DNA from: Schmidtea polychroa
Taxonomy: Eukaryota
DNA length: 64,000 bases
Direction: 5' to 3'
Assembly (NCBI GenBank): GCA_044892525.1
Contig: CM097887.1
Span: 106,432,397 to 106,496,396 of the forward strand
Position 1 is the stretch's first letter; each line of letters starts with the position of its first letter. Below are positions 26,301 through 37,399 of this stretch, piece by piece. The position numbers and the translations under genes are program-made. Under the pieces are notes generated by a model. That model was not told where the DNA came from and ran no database searches. It saw only the letters and a program-made list of their open reading frames with translations.

Positions 26301-26742
26301 TTTTTTAATTATGTCCAGCAAACACTTGACATCCAATCGAAACAAATTAAATTATCTGAGTTTAGACTGACTAGTAGTATCCATGTTGATTATGTGTTGA
26401 CTGTAGTGTGTGTGTTAGTATTGTTCAGAAGAAATTGTCTTTGTGAGTGCTTGTGTGAAGGTGCTACCGTGAATTAACCTCTCTATACATGCACGCGTTA
26501 GCTTGGACTTGTGAATATAGCATGTCAAAAATGGTCTTTCTGCAAGCGTGTGACTGCTTGCAGGATGAATTTACAATGGCACATGTGCGAGCATTTTTAC
26601 TGGGATAGTACTAATACATACAAACAAAAGTTGGGACCTGTAAACCCTTTTAAACAGCAGTCTTTTGCAGGGATATTTCATTTTCTAGCATAAGCACAAC
26701 TTTTTAGGCATGTTTGGAGAAAAAAAAAATTTTCGACCCACC

Positions 26743-26745
<3 letters not shown>
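23327..26745 (-). mobile_element. hAT-related (hATm-like) DNA transposon with a duplicated terminal 247 bp
   Basis: TIR TAGGGTGGGTCGAA / TTCGACCCACCCTA; 8-bp flanks ATATATAT on both sides; 23327-23573 repeated at 23574-23820. Confidence 0.8.
24021..26345 (-). CDS. DDE transposase of the hATm-like group, up to 774 aa (true start probably MKGQRN, after an acceptor-like TTTTATTTTGCCAG)
   Basis: CLGFDGKQD, IVCDGTNTNTG, WLICLLHANELP (CxxH), HRRWLT (RW), FPCHSQAVERAIK; no stops. Confidence 0.85.
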   Translation of the reverse strand: MFRLDVKCLLDIIKKVNLMIHFYFARAEYRRAVMKGQRNKQFRKTRSKSRHCLFGQTCELPRNQLPTCEDVFRDYCYNEKCTQFHTGFNEQATLLANKVKEIYMKASIPTVEFSSIVVRVKRLISKVRELEKYPVCKRSSAKFQDKLSSFSKLFDICCCKCFNDGARGRSQCTCRLALKIPTLEWEFWIDQQTTRNMKIGNTDRQETSKLKRKQTKSSPTGKGKQMKNEIMDTEVNDLHPTSRSDTESEAASDESKDKLDNSTESSESSVEECDEFQNRRHYPELSKAVDRCGVSNRDTCLLVNAFLKDMELLSSQTIIDPAKLRRQRKYWREREIEQHSAEAKNLICLGFDGKQDSTLLHRRILKEEHYVIVAFPGDTYIDHVVPQSSKAVDIGKEIMSIIVSTQSSLTLQAIVCDGTNTNTGKNNGIIRRLEKSLGRPLQWLICLLHANELPFRKSFSVVDGGETKGPKTSCGEIGSVLDFDPKDKPVVAFMSLPGKVVDISENVKKELNTDQLYFLRVCLAVQKGYHNNKDVPFLQMAQPGNLNHRRWLTKANRILRLYMSETAPSEPLMRIVKFIVNFYGPSWFYIKIHSSCQDGARNIFYMLQLLQDLDPSDQEIIFPVIQNNNYFSHPENILLAAVGDDDEEIRKFATEKIITARQNFLPSEVIRTMDKNTVFLQSSATSYADMIDWTKCNLTPPPLLSHILDHELKMNKKITLEQFPCHSQAVERAIKDVSSASCKVFGHKSRHGMVLLCKKSRKELPKVQSKADFM

Positions 26746-26786
<41 letters not shown>
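26746..26786. repeat. (TA)n microsatellite
   Basis: Direct reading. Confidence 0.95.
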
Positions 26787-26788
<2 letters not shown>

Positions 26789-27009
26789 ATAATTCATTAC
26801 TGAATTAAAAAGAGAGTTTGAAGTAAATATTATTTTGAACCAGGGTACAGCTTTCAGGGTGGTTATTTATGGAGAATATTGTAGTGCCTCTGACTAGCAC
26901 TTTTATCAATATATTATTAAATTAATTAAATTAAAATTAAAAATTAAAAACAATTGTTTAAATAATCTTTTACTTTCACATTTTTCAAAAATCATCATCA
27001 AATTCAAAC

Positions 27010-27210
27010 ATGTCTAACGAAGTCACTGAAGTCGAACAAGTTGAAGAAGTTAAATCAACTGAAGCTGTTACTGAAGAAGTTGAACAATCATCAAATCTAG
27101 TCAAAATCAATGGATCAAATATGTCAGAAATACAGGAAACAGAAACCTTAAACAGAAACCTTATTCACAATGATATCTCTGATGATGTTCAAGATCTTCA
27201 ACAATGTTAA
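27010..27210 (+). CDS. Hypothetical small acidic protein, 66 aa
   Basis: AAACATG start context, coding-like E/V/T/S composition, AATAAA just after the stop; no family recognised. Confidence 0.4.
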   Translation: MSNEVTEVEQVEEVKSTEAVTEEVEQSSNLVKINGSNMSEIQETETLNRNLIHNDISDDVQDLQQC

Positions 27211-27637
27211 TTACAATAAATTCTTTGTTCAAATTAGTTGTGTCTCTACAAATATAAATTGTTTTCGAATTTTTATAGATATTTATATGTAAAAGCTGAA
27301 CTATTACCCAGACATTGTTTTCGATTAAGGTGCAGTCTGAGGGAGGTTAATAAAAAAAATTCAAATTTTTATTTGTAAAGTTTAATAGATAAATACAAAA
27401 TTCTTAATATTGGTAATAAGCTGGATTTTATCACTGTACAACCGGAGAGGGTTTATTTTATGAAAAACTTTCAACTATAATTTTAAAGGTAATAATAATT
27501 AAAGTTAAATATATCTGAAAACAAGCTAAATTAGTACTATTGGGTAATAATTAACAACTATATAATTTGTGGGGGTCGTTTATGAAAAATTTTCAACTAT
27601 AATTCTAAAGGTTATATATATATATATATATATATAT

Positions 27638-28567
27638 ACCAAAGCGCATTTAATTATCATAAATGAGACATTCATTTAGCTATGTCAAATAAGTTTTGTT
27701 TTGGATTTTAGTTAATTTTAAGATTTTTTTAAAATAATGAATAAAGAAGTAAGATATTTATTTATTTATTATAATATATATTAAATTTTTCATAGTTCAC
27801 CTAAAATATCAAGTATTTAGGGAAGAATCTTTTATATGATTATTAATTTGATTTTTGAAATTATTATGATCTGTTTTTCGAAGTTCCTCGTTAACTTCTT
27901 GGGATATTGCAGTAAATCATTCATTGAAGGTAAATCTGTCTGGAAAATCCATCAACCGAAGAAACTTTAGTCATTTCCCCATTTTTAATTTTGCTCAACA
28001 CTTTCGATGGGGTTCAAAAATGGATTATATGGCAACTTTTCTATTTGAATAGTCAATGAAGATATATTATTGTAAATGGATTAGCTCATCTTTGAAAATT
28101 GAGACCTCAATTTGTTGGTATATAGTTATAAATTCTATTGTCTACTCGTGATCTACCGAAGCTCTTATTCGTCCATCTATTGAAGAGCATACATCTATGA
28201 ATTTCTTGAAATGAAATAGTCAATTCTGATGAAGTTTCTGACATATTCTTGAATATTTTTTTATAATTAATTAATTTTAAATGGAAAATTTTTAGCTAAT
28301 TGAATGTCCGCATTATAAATCAATGTCCTATAGTGTGTATTTTTTATTATAGAAATTTTGTGAACCGTGTTTGTATGTATTTATTTATTTTTCTTCCAAC
28401 AGCGATTTTTTCTATCTTTCTATAGTGTAAGAACTAATTCAATGTCACCTAGCTAATTCAATGTCCCTTCTGGATATGACACACATACATTTATTATAAG
28501 TAAGTTAATATTTATATTATTAAATATGCAAATCAATGGCCATTTGATGACAATCAAATGCCGGTTG

Positions 28568-28570
<3 letters not shown>
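27638..28570 (-). mobile_element. Diverged, internally deleted copy of the 12992-14568 Tc1-like family
   Basis: Same two asymmetric ends (ACCAAAGCGC.. and ..GCCGGTTGGTG); remnant NNISSLTIQIEKLP.YNPFLNPIESV; both flanks are (TA)n. Confidence 0.85.

Positions 28571-28625
<55 letters not shown>
28571..28625. repeat. (TA)n microsatellite
   Basis: Direct reading. Confidence 0.95.
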
Positions 28626-28629
<4 letters not shown>

Positions 28630-29502
28630 GTCTAAATTCATGATTTTAGGAAATGGTTAATGGTTATATGATTTGAGGAGGTTTGTGGTGGTGTTAATTA
28701 TTCTATTTTTAAAATTGTTTTGCATAAATGAACCATTTGTATTTACATTTGGTAGGGCCTGCCCAGGGATGGTCAAACTTTCTTCCTGGATTATTTTCCG
28801 ATCCGTTTGCACAAAAAATAAAAGGTAATCGATAATAAAAATTTAAAATAAAGATAAAAAAATGAAAGAATTTTTGTACATTTATTAAAATTTAGATGAA
28901 TATAAAACAAAAATATCCACTCCCAGAGAATTGGTATGCAAAATTTAATTTGACAAATAATGCATAAGTGAAATAATTTTCCATGCACTCTATTTTATAG
29001 GTGATGATTTTCATTATGATTGAACTTTCTCAAGTGATTCAGTTAAACCAAATTTTAGTTTCGTTATTTTATTTTTTACCGTTTTGATCAGTCGCGATTT
29101 TTTATAATTAAATTCCGTCAGAATTTTTTATATTTTATTTCATTCATAAAAAACATAACAATTTTGAATTATTTTCATTATATTTTCACGAAATCTGTTG
29201 AATTTATTTTTAATTTTAGAAGGTTCATCCAACCATATTAGATGAAGTATCCATATCTAAACAAATTGAAATTATTTAAAAAAATTATTCGAAATAAATT
29301 TAACCTTTAATATATTAGTAATTCATTAAAATTTATAAATAAAATATATTAAGTAAACATTATAATTATATATGAATTTTGTTCTACTGATTTATGTATT
29401 GGTCAAATAATATATTTAATTTAAATAAATATGTTAAAACATCTTTCATTTTGTTTAAATATTAATATATTAAGTTTTTATTATTTAAAAATAGTATATT
29501 AT

Positions 29503-29868
29503 ATGGATTCTGATTTTGTTTTTGATTTTGGCAACAATGAATGTGTAGATCACATTATAGAATTAGAAGAGACAAAACCACAATGTTCTCAAATCACTCC
29601 AAATGTTTCAACCAATGTATCTCGAAAATTTCGCTTTTTAATGACTGAAGCCGAAGTAAAAAATAGTTTTCCTTCTTACAAAATAAGGGAATTTTCTGGC
29701 GAAAATTGGGATAAAAATATACCAAAGCTCAAAGAAGAAATGAAAAAATTGATCAAACATTCGAAAGATCAGAAAAAATTAAAAAGTCAATCTTTGACTA
29801 AGATAAATGGAGGATTAAAAAATTTTAAATTTGTTGAAAAGTCTATCAAATCTAAAGAGAATTCTTAA
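29503..29868 (+). CDS. Hypothetical protein fragment (MDSDFVFDFG..), possibly inside a hAT-like element starting CAGGGATGGTCAAAC at 28764
   Basis: Open frame in very AT-rich DNA; no recognised domain. Confidence 0.25.
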   Translation: MDSDFVFDFGNNECVDHIIELEETKPQCSQITPNVSTNVSRKFRFLMTEAEVKNSFPSYKIREFSGENWDKNIPKLKEEMKKLIKHSKDQKKLKSQSLTKINGGLKNFKFVEKSIKSKENS

Positions 29869-30642
29869 AAATTACGAAGCCAGGCTATGAAAATTTTATA
29901 AATAAAATGTGATTTCTATTCATATTTTTTAAATTAGTATTAGTGCTTTTTTATTAAGTTACAATTTTTTTAAAAAATAATTAAATTTATCGAATCGATT
30001 TGTACTATTATAGGTCGTATTTTTTCTTAAAAGTTACTCGGTAATTCGAACTCTTAATTTAATTTTCACTTATCATAAATATTCAAACCAGTAATTTTAA
30101 TAGTGTATTTTTTATTTTGTTTAAATATTTTAAGACATGATATTGATTTTATAATGATAGCTGCATTATTTGACGTGAAATAGTTCAAGATTCTCTTGCA
30201 AAGTCTGATGAATTCAACATATATATATAAACTATTTCAGTTTGAATTACATTTGAATGTCCAATAACTTTTGAAAAAAATTCGGAGATGTAAGTGTGAT
30301 GGACTCAATGCCTCAAAGAGAAAAACTTTGATTTTCCTAAATGACTTATTTAAAGTTTATTAGAAATGAAATGTCAGAAAAGGTAAGGCATTGTATAATT
30401 CATCAATTAAAATTTTATAACTAAAGTTTAATAATATTTATAAAATAAATAATATACAAAATTTCTCATATCCAAAAAAACAAATTTTTTTATTATAAAT
30501 TTATTTGAATTTGAAATGACGGTTATAAAAACTTATTAATAAAAGAATTGTTAAAAATATGATATTTTTGTGTGTTCTGAAATTTTCTTGCGGCACACAG
30601 TTTGACAGACATTACACTAGAGAGTCGAGGCATGTTCTAGAT

Positions 30643-31149
30643 CAGGGCTGTCCAACCTCGGGAAACCAGAGGGCCGCAATGCAAAAAAAAACTATTCGGG
30701 GGCCGCACACAATGCAAAGAATTTTTATCTAAAATAAATGGCTAAGGATAGCAAAACGCCTTATAAGCGGGTAGTAATTTGTGTCGTAAATATTTGGCCG
30801 AACAGTGTTTACTTATTTAGTAATATCGAGTAAATAAACAGAATAAAGAATGGTAAAAAAGTTGTCCGCTAAGTATAGATTGAAGAAAAGTTTACAATCC
30901 GCGGCAATAACGCCTTTTACATCTTTTTTTTTACTGATGTCCTTCCGTATAACTTCACGACCAGTAGAGTTCGTTCGCAAAGAGAGACGCGAACGCCACG
31001 TGAAGTCTTCATTTGGAAGAAAAAAGTTTCATAACATTGTATTATATTTTAATATTAATATAAGTTTTTCGTAGCAATAAAAGTATTTACGTAAATAAGA
31101 TGGTATCAAATTATAGAGAAGTTCGCGGGCCGCGGTTTGGACAGGTCTG
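30643..31149. mobile_element. hAT MITE, 507 bp
   Basis: TIR CAGGGCTGTCCAAC / GTTTGGACAGGTCTG; 8-bp TSD TTCTAGAT / TTCTATAT (1 mismatch). Confidence 0.85.
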
Positions 31150-31324
31150 TTCTATATCCAAACACTATCAAAATTTTTGGATTCATTGCAGAGAAATGGT
31201 GTACCTCGAAAACTAGGACATTTGCTGAGTTCATGATCTGAATGCAAGGGATTCTGGATCATTTTGTTATTTTTGTTACGCTTCTATTATTATTATTTTC
31301 ACATTTTACATTACACACACACAC

Positions 31325-33520
31325 ACCCCAGGTGTCCCGAGGCAGTTTTTTTACAGGAGACTCGGCTGGGCTCTACAACGTTTCTTGCCACGAACTGGTT
31401 ATAAAGAATAACAATCGAAAGCATAAAAAAACAAAATAAGATAACAATCAAAGGTATAAAAAAACCGAAAACCCCCATAATAGGAAGTATACCGATAAAC
31501 GGCACCGGATGAACGGAATAGTACAACTGCTACTTCATGTTGCACGTATGATTTTTTTTTCTTGTGCAGTAGCTGTTGGCTAGAAAAATAATAAAACATT
31601 TTAGTCCGAGAAAGTGATTCTGTTTTTCCTTTCCTTTTAGAAAAACAGAACTTAAAATCTATGACTATCATTTAATGGGTATCAAACATAATACAAATAA
31701 CTTAAAACTTTTACTTCTCCATTAAAAAATCAAGATACAAAAGTTCCGCATAAGATTAAGATTGAGACTGAAATTTTTCCAAGTTGGGAAGCTGAGTGGA
31801 CTCATTTTGAAAATGGGTAAAAATTGTTGTCCACATTTTTTCGGAGACACTTTTGATCTCATACACTCAGAGACATTTTTTTCGTAAAAATTCCTCATCA
31901 GAATAAATTCATCGAATAGCAAATCTCGATTAATTATCGAGCAAATTTTTTCTCCATATCGATTTTTGGCGAATTCTAATAATTTCTCGACGTCTTCCCA
32001 GCTTGGAAATTTGTTCATGATCATCCAGGTGAACACATCAGCACCGTCGCAAAATTTTTCCAAAGTTCGATGTAGTCAATTATAATAGATTAAAATTCAT
32101 TAATCCAATTCTTGATATTATCTTGCAATGTCGGTGTTAATTTCTTAAGAATACGCATCTCGTGAGCAGCTTTGAAGCATGTCGTTGCGGAAGTTTCGAT
32201 GAGTTTGATGGAGACATTCAAATTTTTTAATTGATTGGAAACAAACAGCATCCAAAATTTTCCCTCAGGATTTTTGAAAAATGCTTTTATGATCAGAGGG
32301 AACTTTTGTAGTGACAAGAAATACTGCTTAAGCGGATCATAAATTTCTTGTAATCGATTCACGACTGGCTCAAGTGTTAAAAATCTTGTTCCTGAATGGC
32401 TCTTCATTATTTTCAAGCTCATCGCAAAGATCTTTGAATGCTTCCGTCGAATTGTGTAAATTGCAAAATGCTTGTAAAGCTTAAAAATAATTGCTTCGAT
32501 ATTAGCTTCAAGAATCTCGCAACCAGCACTCGAGGCATTGTGAACACAATGTGCGCGAAGCATACGTTGCCGTTAATTGGCCGGCCCAATTCTTTTTGAA
32601 GTTTGCGCCAAAAATTGTTTTGTCCATTTATAAGTACATTTCCGAATTTCAAATTCTTATTGTCAGCCGTAAACTTTATCGTTTAAACTTTTCTCATTGA
32701 TGACTGCCATCTGCTCATTTGCAATCATTTCAGACTGCCCATTAAGAATTGAAATTGTTGCAATCTTCTTTGAAATGACTCAGCTCGTAGCATCAAAAAA
32801 ACGGATGACAATTGGAAGAATTTTAATGTTCTTGTGGTTTGAGGTGTCTGTCATCAAAGTCAGAAAATTTCTTTCTTTTAATGTTTGCTCCGTTGCGAGG
32901 TCAATGTTTGGAGCAATGAAACTAGTGATTAAAGCTGCAGTTTTAGTTTTTAATGTAAACCCAGAACCATAAAGATTACGGATCAACCCTGCGGTGCAAT
33001 CATTGGATTGAAAAAAAAGTTGTGTCGTGCCGAGTAATATGCGAATGTTGCTTCTTTAGCTGCGATAACTTGCTGCTCCTTTGACGTTTCAATCTTCTTA
33101 AAGATCAAGTCTACATTATTGCTGGAAGATCCAGCTTGTCCACTTGATTTGTGCCTTGCGGAGTTTGTTTGATATACGATGTGTCGATGGCCTCTGTGAC
33201 TGATAAGGAAGGATGTTGAACAAATTTTGCAAAAAGGTCGTGAGTCATCTCCGATTACTTTTTGTACAAAACCGAACTCGGTTCTATATTTATCATTCCA
33301 GGATGTTTTTCTTTTTTCCCAGGCATGATATTCAATGAGAAATAATATTTAATACCATATCTAACCAAATGAATGAAAAAAGTACATTGTTTTGATGATG
33401 AAATCGAATTGACTTTAAAATTTAGTAGCTGATGTGTTCCAGTTATCTTTATTACTTTAAATGTTTGAAACAATGATAATAAATCAACTGAATACATAGC
33501 AGGATAAATCATCTTACCTT
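31325..33520 (-). pseudogene. Decayed hAT-superfamily transposase element
   Basis: LTLMTDTSNHKNIKILPIVIRFF, C.AH.VHNAS (CxxH), HSGTRFLTLEPVVNRL; hAT-like end CCAGGTGTCCCG near 31329; many frameshifts. Confidence 0.75.
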
Positions 33521-33705
33521 ATGAGCTTAAATAGTTTAACTTCTATCGATACACTAAGTCAATAACAATTTTTTTTTAGTCCTTGTCAAGGACTATCTTA
33601 TAGTCGAAATTTTTTCATTAAATACATTATTTGCAGCAAAAGGCTTAAATTATCATTTTATTATTATTATTATAATTATTTGTTTTCCTTTTTTACAATT
33701 ACATT

Positions 33706-34168
33706 CAGGCCCGACGCTAGAGTATTTGGCGCCCTAGGCAAACTAAAAAAATGGCGCCTCTAGTCTAGAAACAAACCCAATAATTAAAGAAGTAAATGAA
33801 AATAAAATAACTATACTTCATTTATTTATTACACAAAAATATATATAAAAACAAAAACCATTTAAAATTTAATTTTTCGTGCTTTTAGTTTAGCGAAATC
33901 TTCAAGCAGCAACTTCGTATCTATATCACGCGCCATTTCGTGTTCAATCGACAATATTGCTAATCCCACAAGCCGTTCTTGTGACATTGTAGATATAATA
34001 TATATATATATATATACAAATTCATACATATGTATATATCAATATAAAGATAGAAAGTTTATAAAATATTTAATTTACTTGATAAAAAAAGCAGAACTAT
34101 TTGGCGCCCGCTTGTAAATCGGCGCCCTAGGCTGCTGCCGACGTCGCCTATGCCTAAAACCGGGCCTG
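33706..34168 (-). mobile_element. hAT (Tip100/ZMYM1-like) deletion derivative, 463 bp
   Basis: TIR CAGGCCCG / CGGGCCTG; perfect 8-bp TSD ATTACATT; retains the dimerisation tail STMSQERLVGLAILSIEHEMARDIDTKLLLEDFAKLKARKIKF*. Confidence 0.9.
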
Positions 34169-34334
34169 ATTACATTTAATATATTTTACCAAGAAGGTAA
34201 ATTATAACAAGAATATTTCAATTTGAACAAAATTTTAAATAGTAATTATTCGAGTTATTATAAAATAAAACGCCGAGTTAATTTTAGATAAACTGGGTAT
34301 TAGTTTTTAAGAAAAAACAAAATAAACACGAAAA

Positions 34335-34486
34335 NNNNNNNNNNNNNNNNNNNNNNNNNNNNNNNNNNNNNNNNNNNNNNNNNNNNNNNNNNNNNNNNNN
34401 NNNNNNNNNNNNNNNNNNNNNNNNNNNNNNNNNNNNNNNNNNNNNNNNNNNNNNNNNNNNNNNNNNNNNNNNNNNNNNNNNNNNNN
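34335..34486. other. Assembly gap (N run)
   Basis: Run of N. Confidence 1.
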
Positions 34487-34489
34487 TTA

Positions 34490-36240
34490 ATTGTTAAAGT
34501 GCTAGTTTCGATTTGCAGTTATTTCTAGACGGAACAGTTGCGATATACTTTTGACGAATCGTATAGTGACCGTAAGCATAGCTTTCATTACAATTGAACC
34601 AATACCTTTTATCATCCAAACATTGTAGAGCTCGTTTTTCTGTCATGAAAGTATACAACTGGTGATTGACACTTCCTGTTTTTTTTTGTTCGATGCTCAC
34701 TATTCCACCATCAGTATAGACTTATTATAGGCTTCATGGGTGATATTAGAATTTGTAAGACTTATTCCTTTGGCTTTTAGTGTTTTTATCGCCTTGCAGT
34801 GAGTAGCACTTGGGACGAAGAAACACCCATTCTTTATATTGATTTCCTTTATTCTCATCCTTGAATTTCCCGATTACAGAACAAATTTTATCTGAGAACA
34901 ATGGATCAGCCACTGGATAATTTGAAGTATCTAGGAACCCATCTTCAATCATTTTTGGATATAGTTGTAAGCGTAAATCAACATTTTTACACTCTAAAAA
35001 GAAGGAATCTGTGTCACCGGCTACTATATTAATTTGACAATTGAATTCTTCTCTATAACTATGTAGTTCTTTATATTGAAACCGGTACATGCGAAGTTTA
35101 GATAAATCAAGTACGGTTTGTCCAATATACTTTGGTCTATCTAAACACACAATTTCCTTATTGAGTATAACAGCAATGAGATCATCCGCAATCTTGATGC
35201 TACGACGAAACATAGGATGACTACAATAAGTTATCAATCTTTTGCTCTTGCTGCATAATCTCAAATTTATACTTTCTTCAAGTTTTCCACAGTTTTACCG
35301 TATAACCTGTTGTTCTTTAACTTATAATAATCTCACTGAAATGAATCTGTACTAGCTACTCTTATTTGGGTATTATAATCAATATATCCCCTGAAAATAG
35401 CTACTGAAAATAGCTCTGAAAGCTTCAAAAACATCAGCCAACAGAAAAACATCCAACTTGAGATATACTAGCATGTAACCTAGCAGTATCTCATAGTTGT
35501 ATTGTTGCCAGATTCGATTTGCATGTATGTAATTTTCTTGACTAACTCCCTCCCAAATTGGTAGTAATTCGGTTATTGACAGTAAAACATCCATTGATGT
35601 AGTCATATCAAAAGGAAAAATGGTTTTACAAGTCATCATCTGTGATTCAAAAACATCTGTCAGTGGAAGACATGGCAAGTTTTATGATAAATTTGCCAAG
35701 CTGCTATTTAAAAATTGTAAAGAATCAATGAATCTAATTCTTCCGCCTTTTGATGTCGCTGTAAGTGTGAGAAACTTTTCTGTTGATTGAGGAATAACAT
35801 TTAAATTCCAATCTGGGAATTTTCCAATTGTATATTTTAATATATGATGAATGTCATATCCACGAAGATTATAAAATACAACAGGTAAAGACGGATTGAT
35901 TCTTCTAGACAAATTACAATCTTGACATGCTGCTCCGAGATATTGACCAGCAAAATGATGATGATCTCGACATTTTTTAATTTCACCATCTTTGATAAAC
36001 TCTGCACAAAGTCCAAATTGTATTTTTACTGTCCCCATTCGTTGAATATGATCTTCTATTTCTTTGATGAGACAATCTGGAACAATAATGCCAGGAGAAT
36101 TAATTGCAGATACATCGCTGGTCAATTCAACACGTGAACCATTTAAGTGAGACTCCCGACGTGGACACAATTGTATGTTAGAGTCTCCATTTCCTTAAAA
36201 TATTGACTTTCATTTTGTGGTGCCAGAGTTTTATCTAACT
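34490..36240 (-). pseudogene. Polinton/Maverick protein-primed DNA polymerase B remnant
   Basis: CRDHHHFAGQYLGAACQDCNL, VVFYNLRGYDIH, RFIDSLQFLNSSL, YLKLDVFLLADVFEAFR, IGQTVLDLSKLRMY, AGDTDSFF, GKFKDE, FLRPKCYS, DDKRY; fragmented, with palm segments missing. Confidence 0.9.
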
Positions 36241-36659
36241 ATATTTATAATTAAAATTAAACAAAATTAAATAACATAACTTGTCACATATTCTTTAATC
36301 TTATTAGGATCGTAAGATGTATTCATATTCGATTGTACTATGAAAAATTAATAAATGTTAATAGTAGAAAGAGTATTACTTTTAGTGATCATACTACTCT
36401 TCGTTTCTTTGAATCTTCTAAGATGGTGTCCATGTTGTCGTACAAACATTAACAACCTACCTGGCGTTATAATGGGACATACGTAACCCGATAAGGTAGA
36501 GCCATTTATCTTGAAATATGATGATGTAAATGAAATTTAATTCAAATTTAATTTTTTTGCACATTTTTTAAAGGAATCATGAATTTTCTTAAAACAATAT
36601 TCGAATTTTTTCGAAGTTTTTAAAATAACGTATTTTCGAAAAATATCATTTCACTTTTT

Positions 36660-37025
36660 CCATGTATTGTTACCCCATCTCTGATTCGAACTGCTCCGGA
36701 TTTGAAGAATTCTTTACAATCTTCTCCTGTGATATTGACTATTTCTCTATCCATTCCTGGTAATATGATGGTTGAGTACGAGTGTTGCCCACAGTAGTAA
36801 TACTCTTCTTGTCACCATACATTCCTTTGCTGGCGTCCTGATGAAATCGGACTCTTGGTAAACGTCGTAGGTAACTTTACTTCGCACCGTCTAGAGTTTA
36901 TTTGGTGTTGCTTGCCTGCATTCTTCTAAATCTCTCAAGGAGTATTTTTCTCCCTTTGTTGATTCATCGTAATCGAATATCATAAATCCATTTGTGCATA
37001 ACATCCATATCATCATTGTCATCAT
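36660..37025 (-). pseudogene. env-like glycoprotein N-terminus resembling chuvirus/class III fusion glycoproteins
   Basis: Signal-like MMTMMIWMLCTNG, then FMIFDYDES..YSLRDLEEC..*..YDVYQESDF..AKECMVTR/EYYYCGQHSYSTII..VNITGEDCKEFFKSGAVRI; one stop, one frameshift, truncated. Confidence 0.6.
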
Positions 37026-37399
37026 TAACGAGTTAATTGATGCTTTCCTACTAGCGGGGTCTTTTATTGGTAATTCCCATTCCGATTCGTTCAACAACTT
37101 TTTCAATTTGATTTGCATTGATCTTTCCTGTTCGATTTTCCATGGTGCTTGGAAAAGTCGCTTTCATCCTCCAATATCATTACCAAGTGAAGAAAAACAG
37201 CAAATAAAAGTAAGTAATCAGGACCGAGTCAGCGATCTGATAGTGGAAATTAACAAAACAATAACAGAAAAAGCTCGAAATAATAGTGAAGATGAGTTGT
37301 TTCCCGTCATTCTCATCATGTTGATTTGCATATTTCGCATTTTTGCTACTTTCTTGAGTTTTTTATTCTCAAATATCGTTTCCTCTTCTGATTCCGTGG

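Noticed and set aside
28453-28641. ORF with YIYIYI repeats
   Set aside because: Translation of a (TA)n microsatellite.
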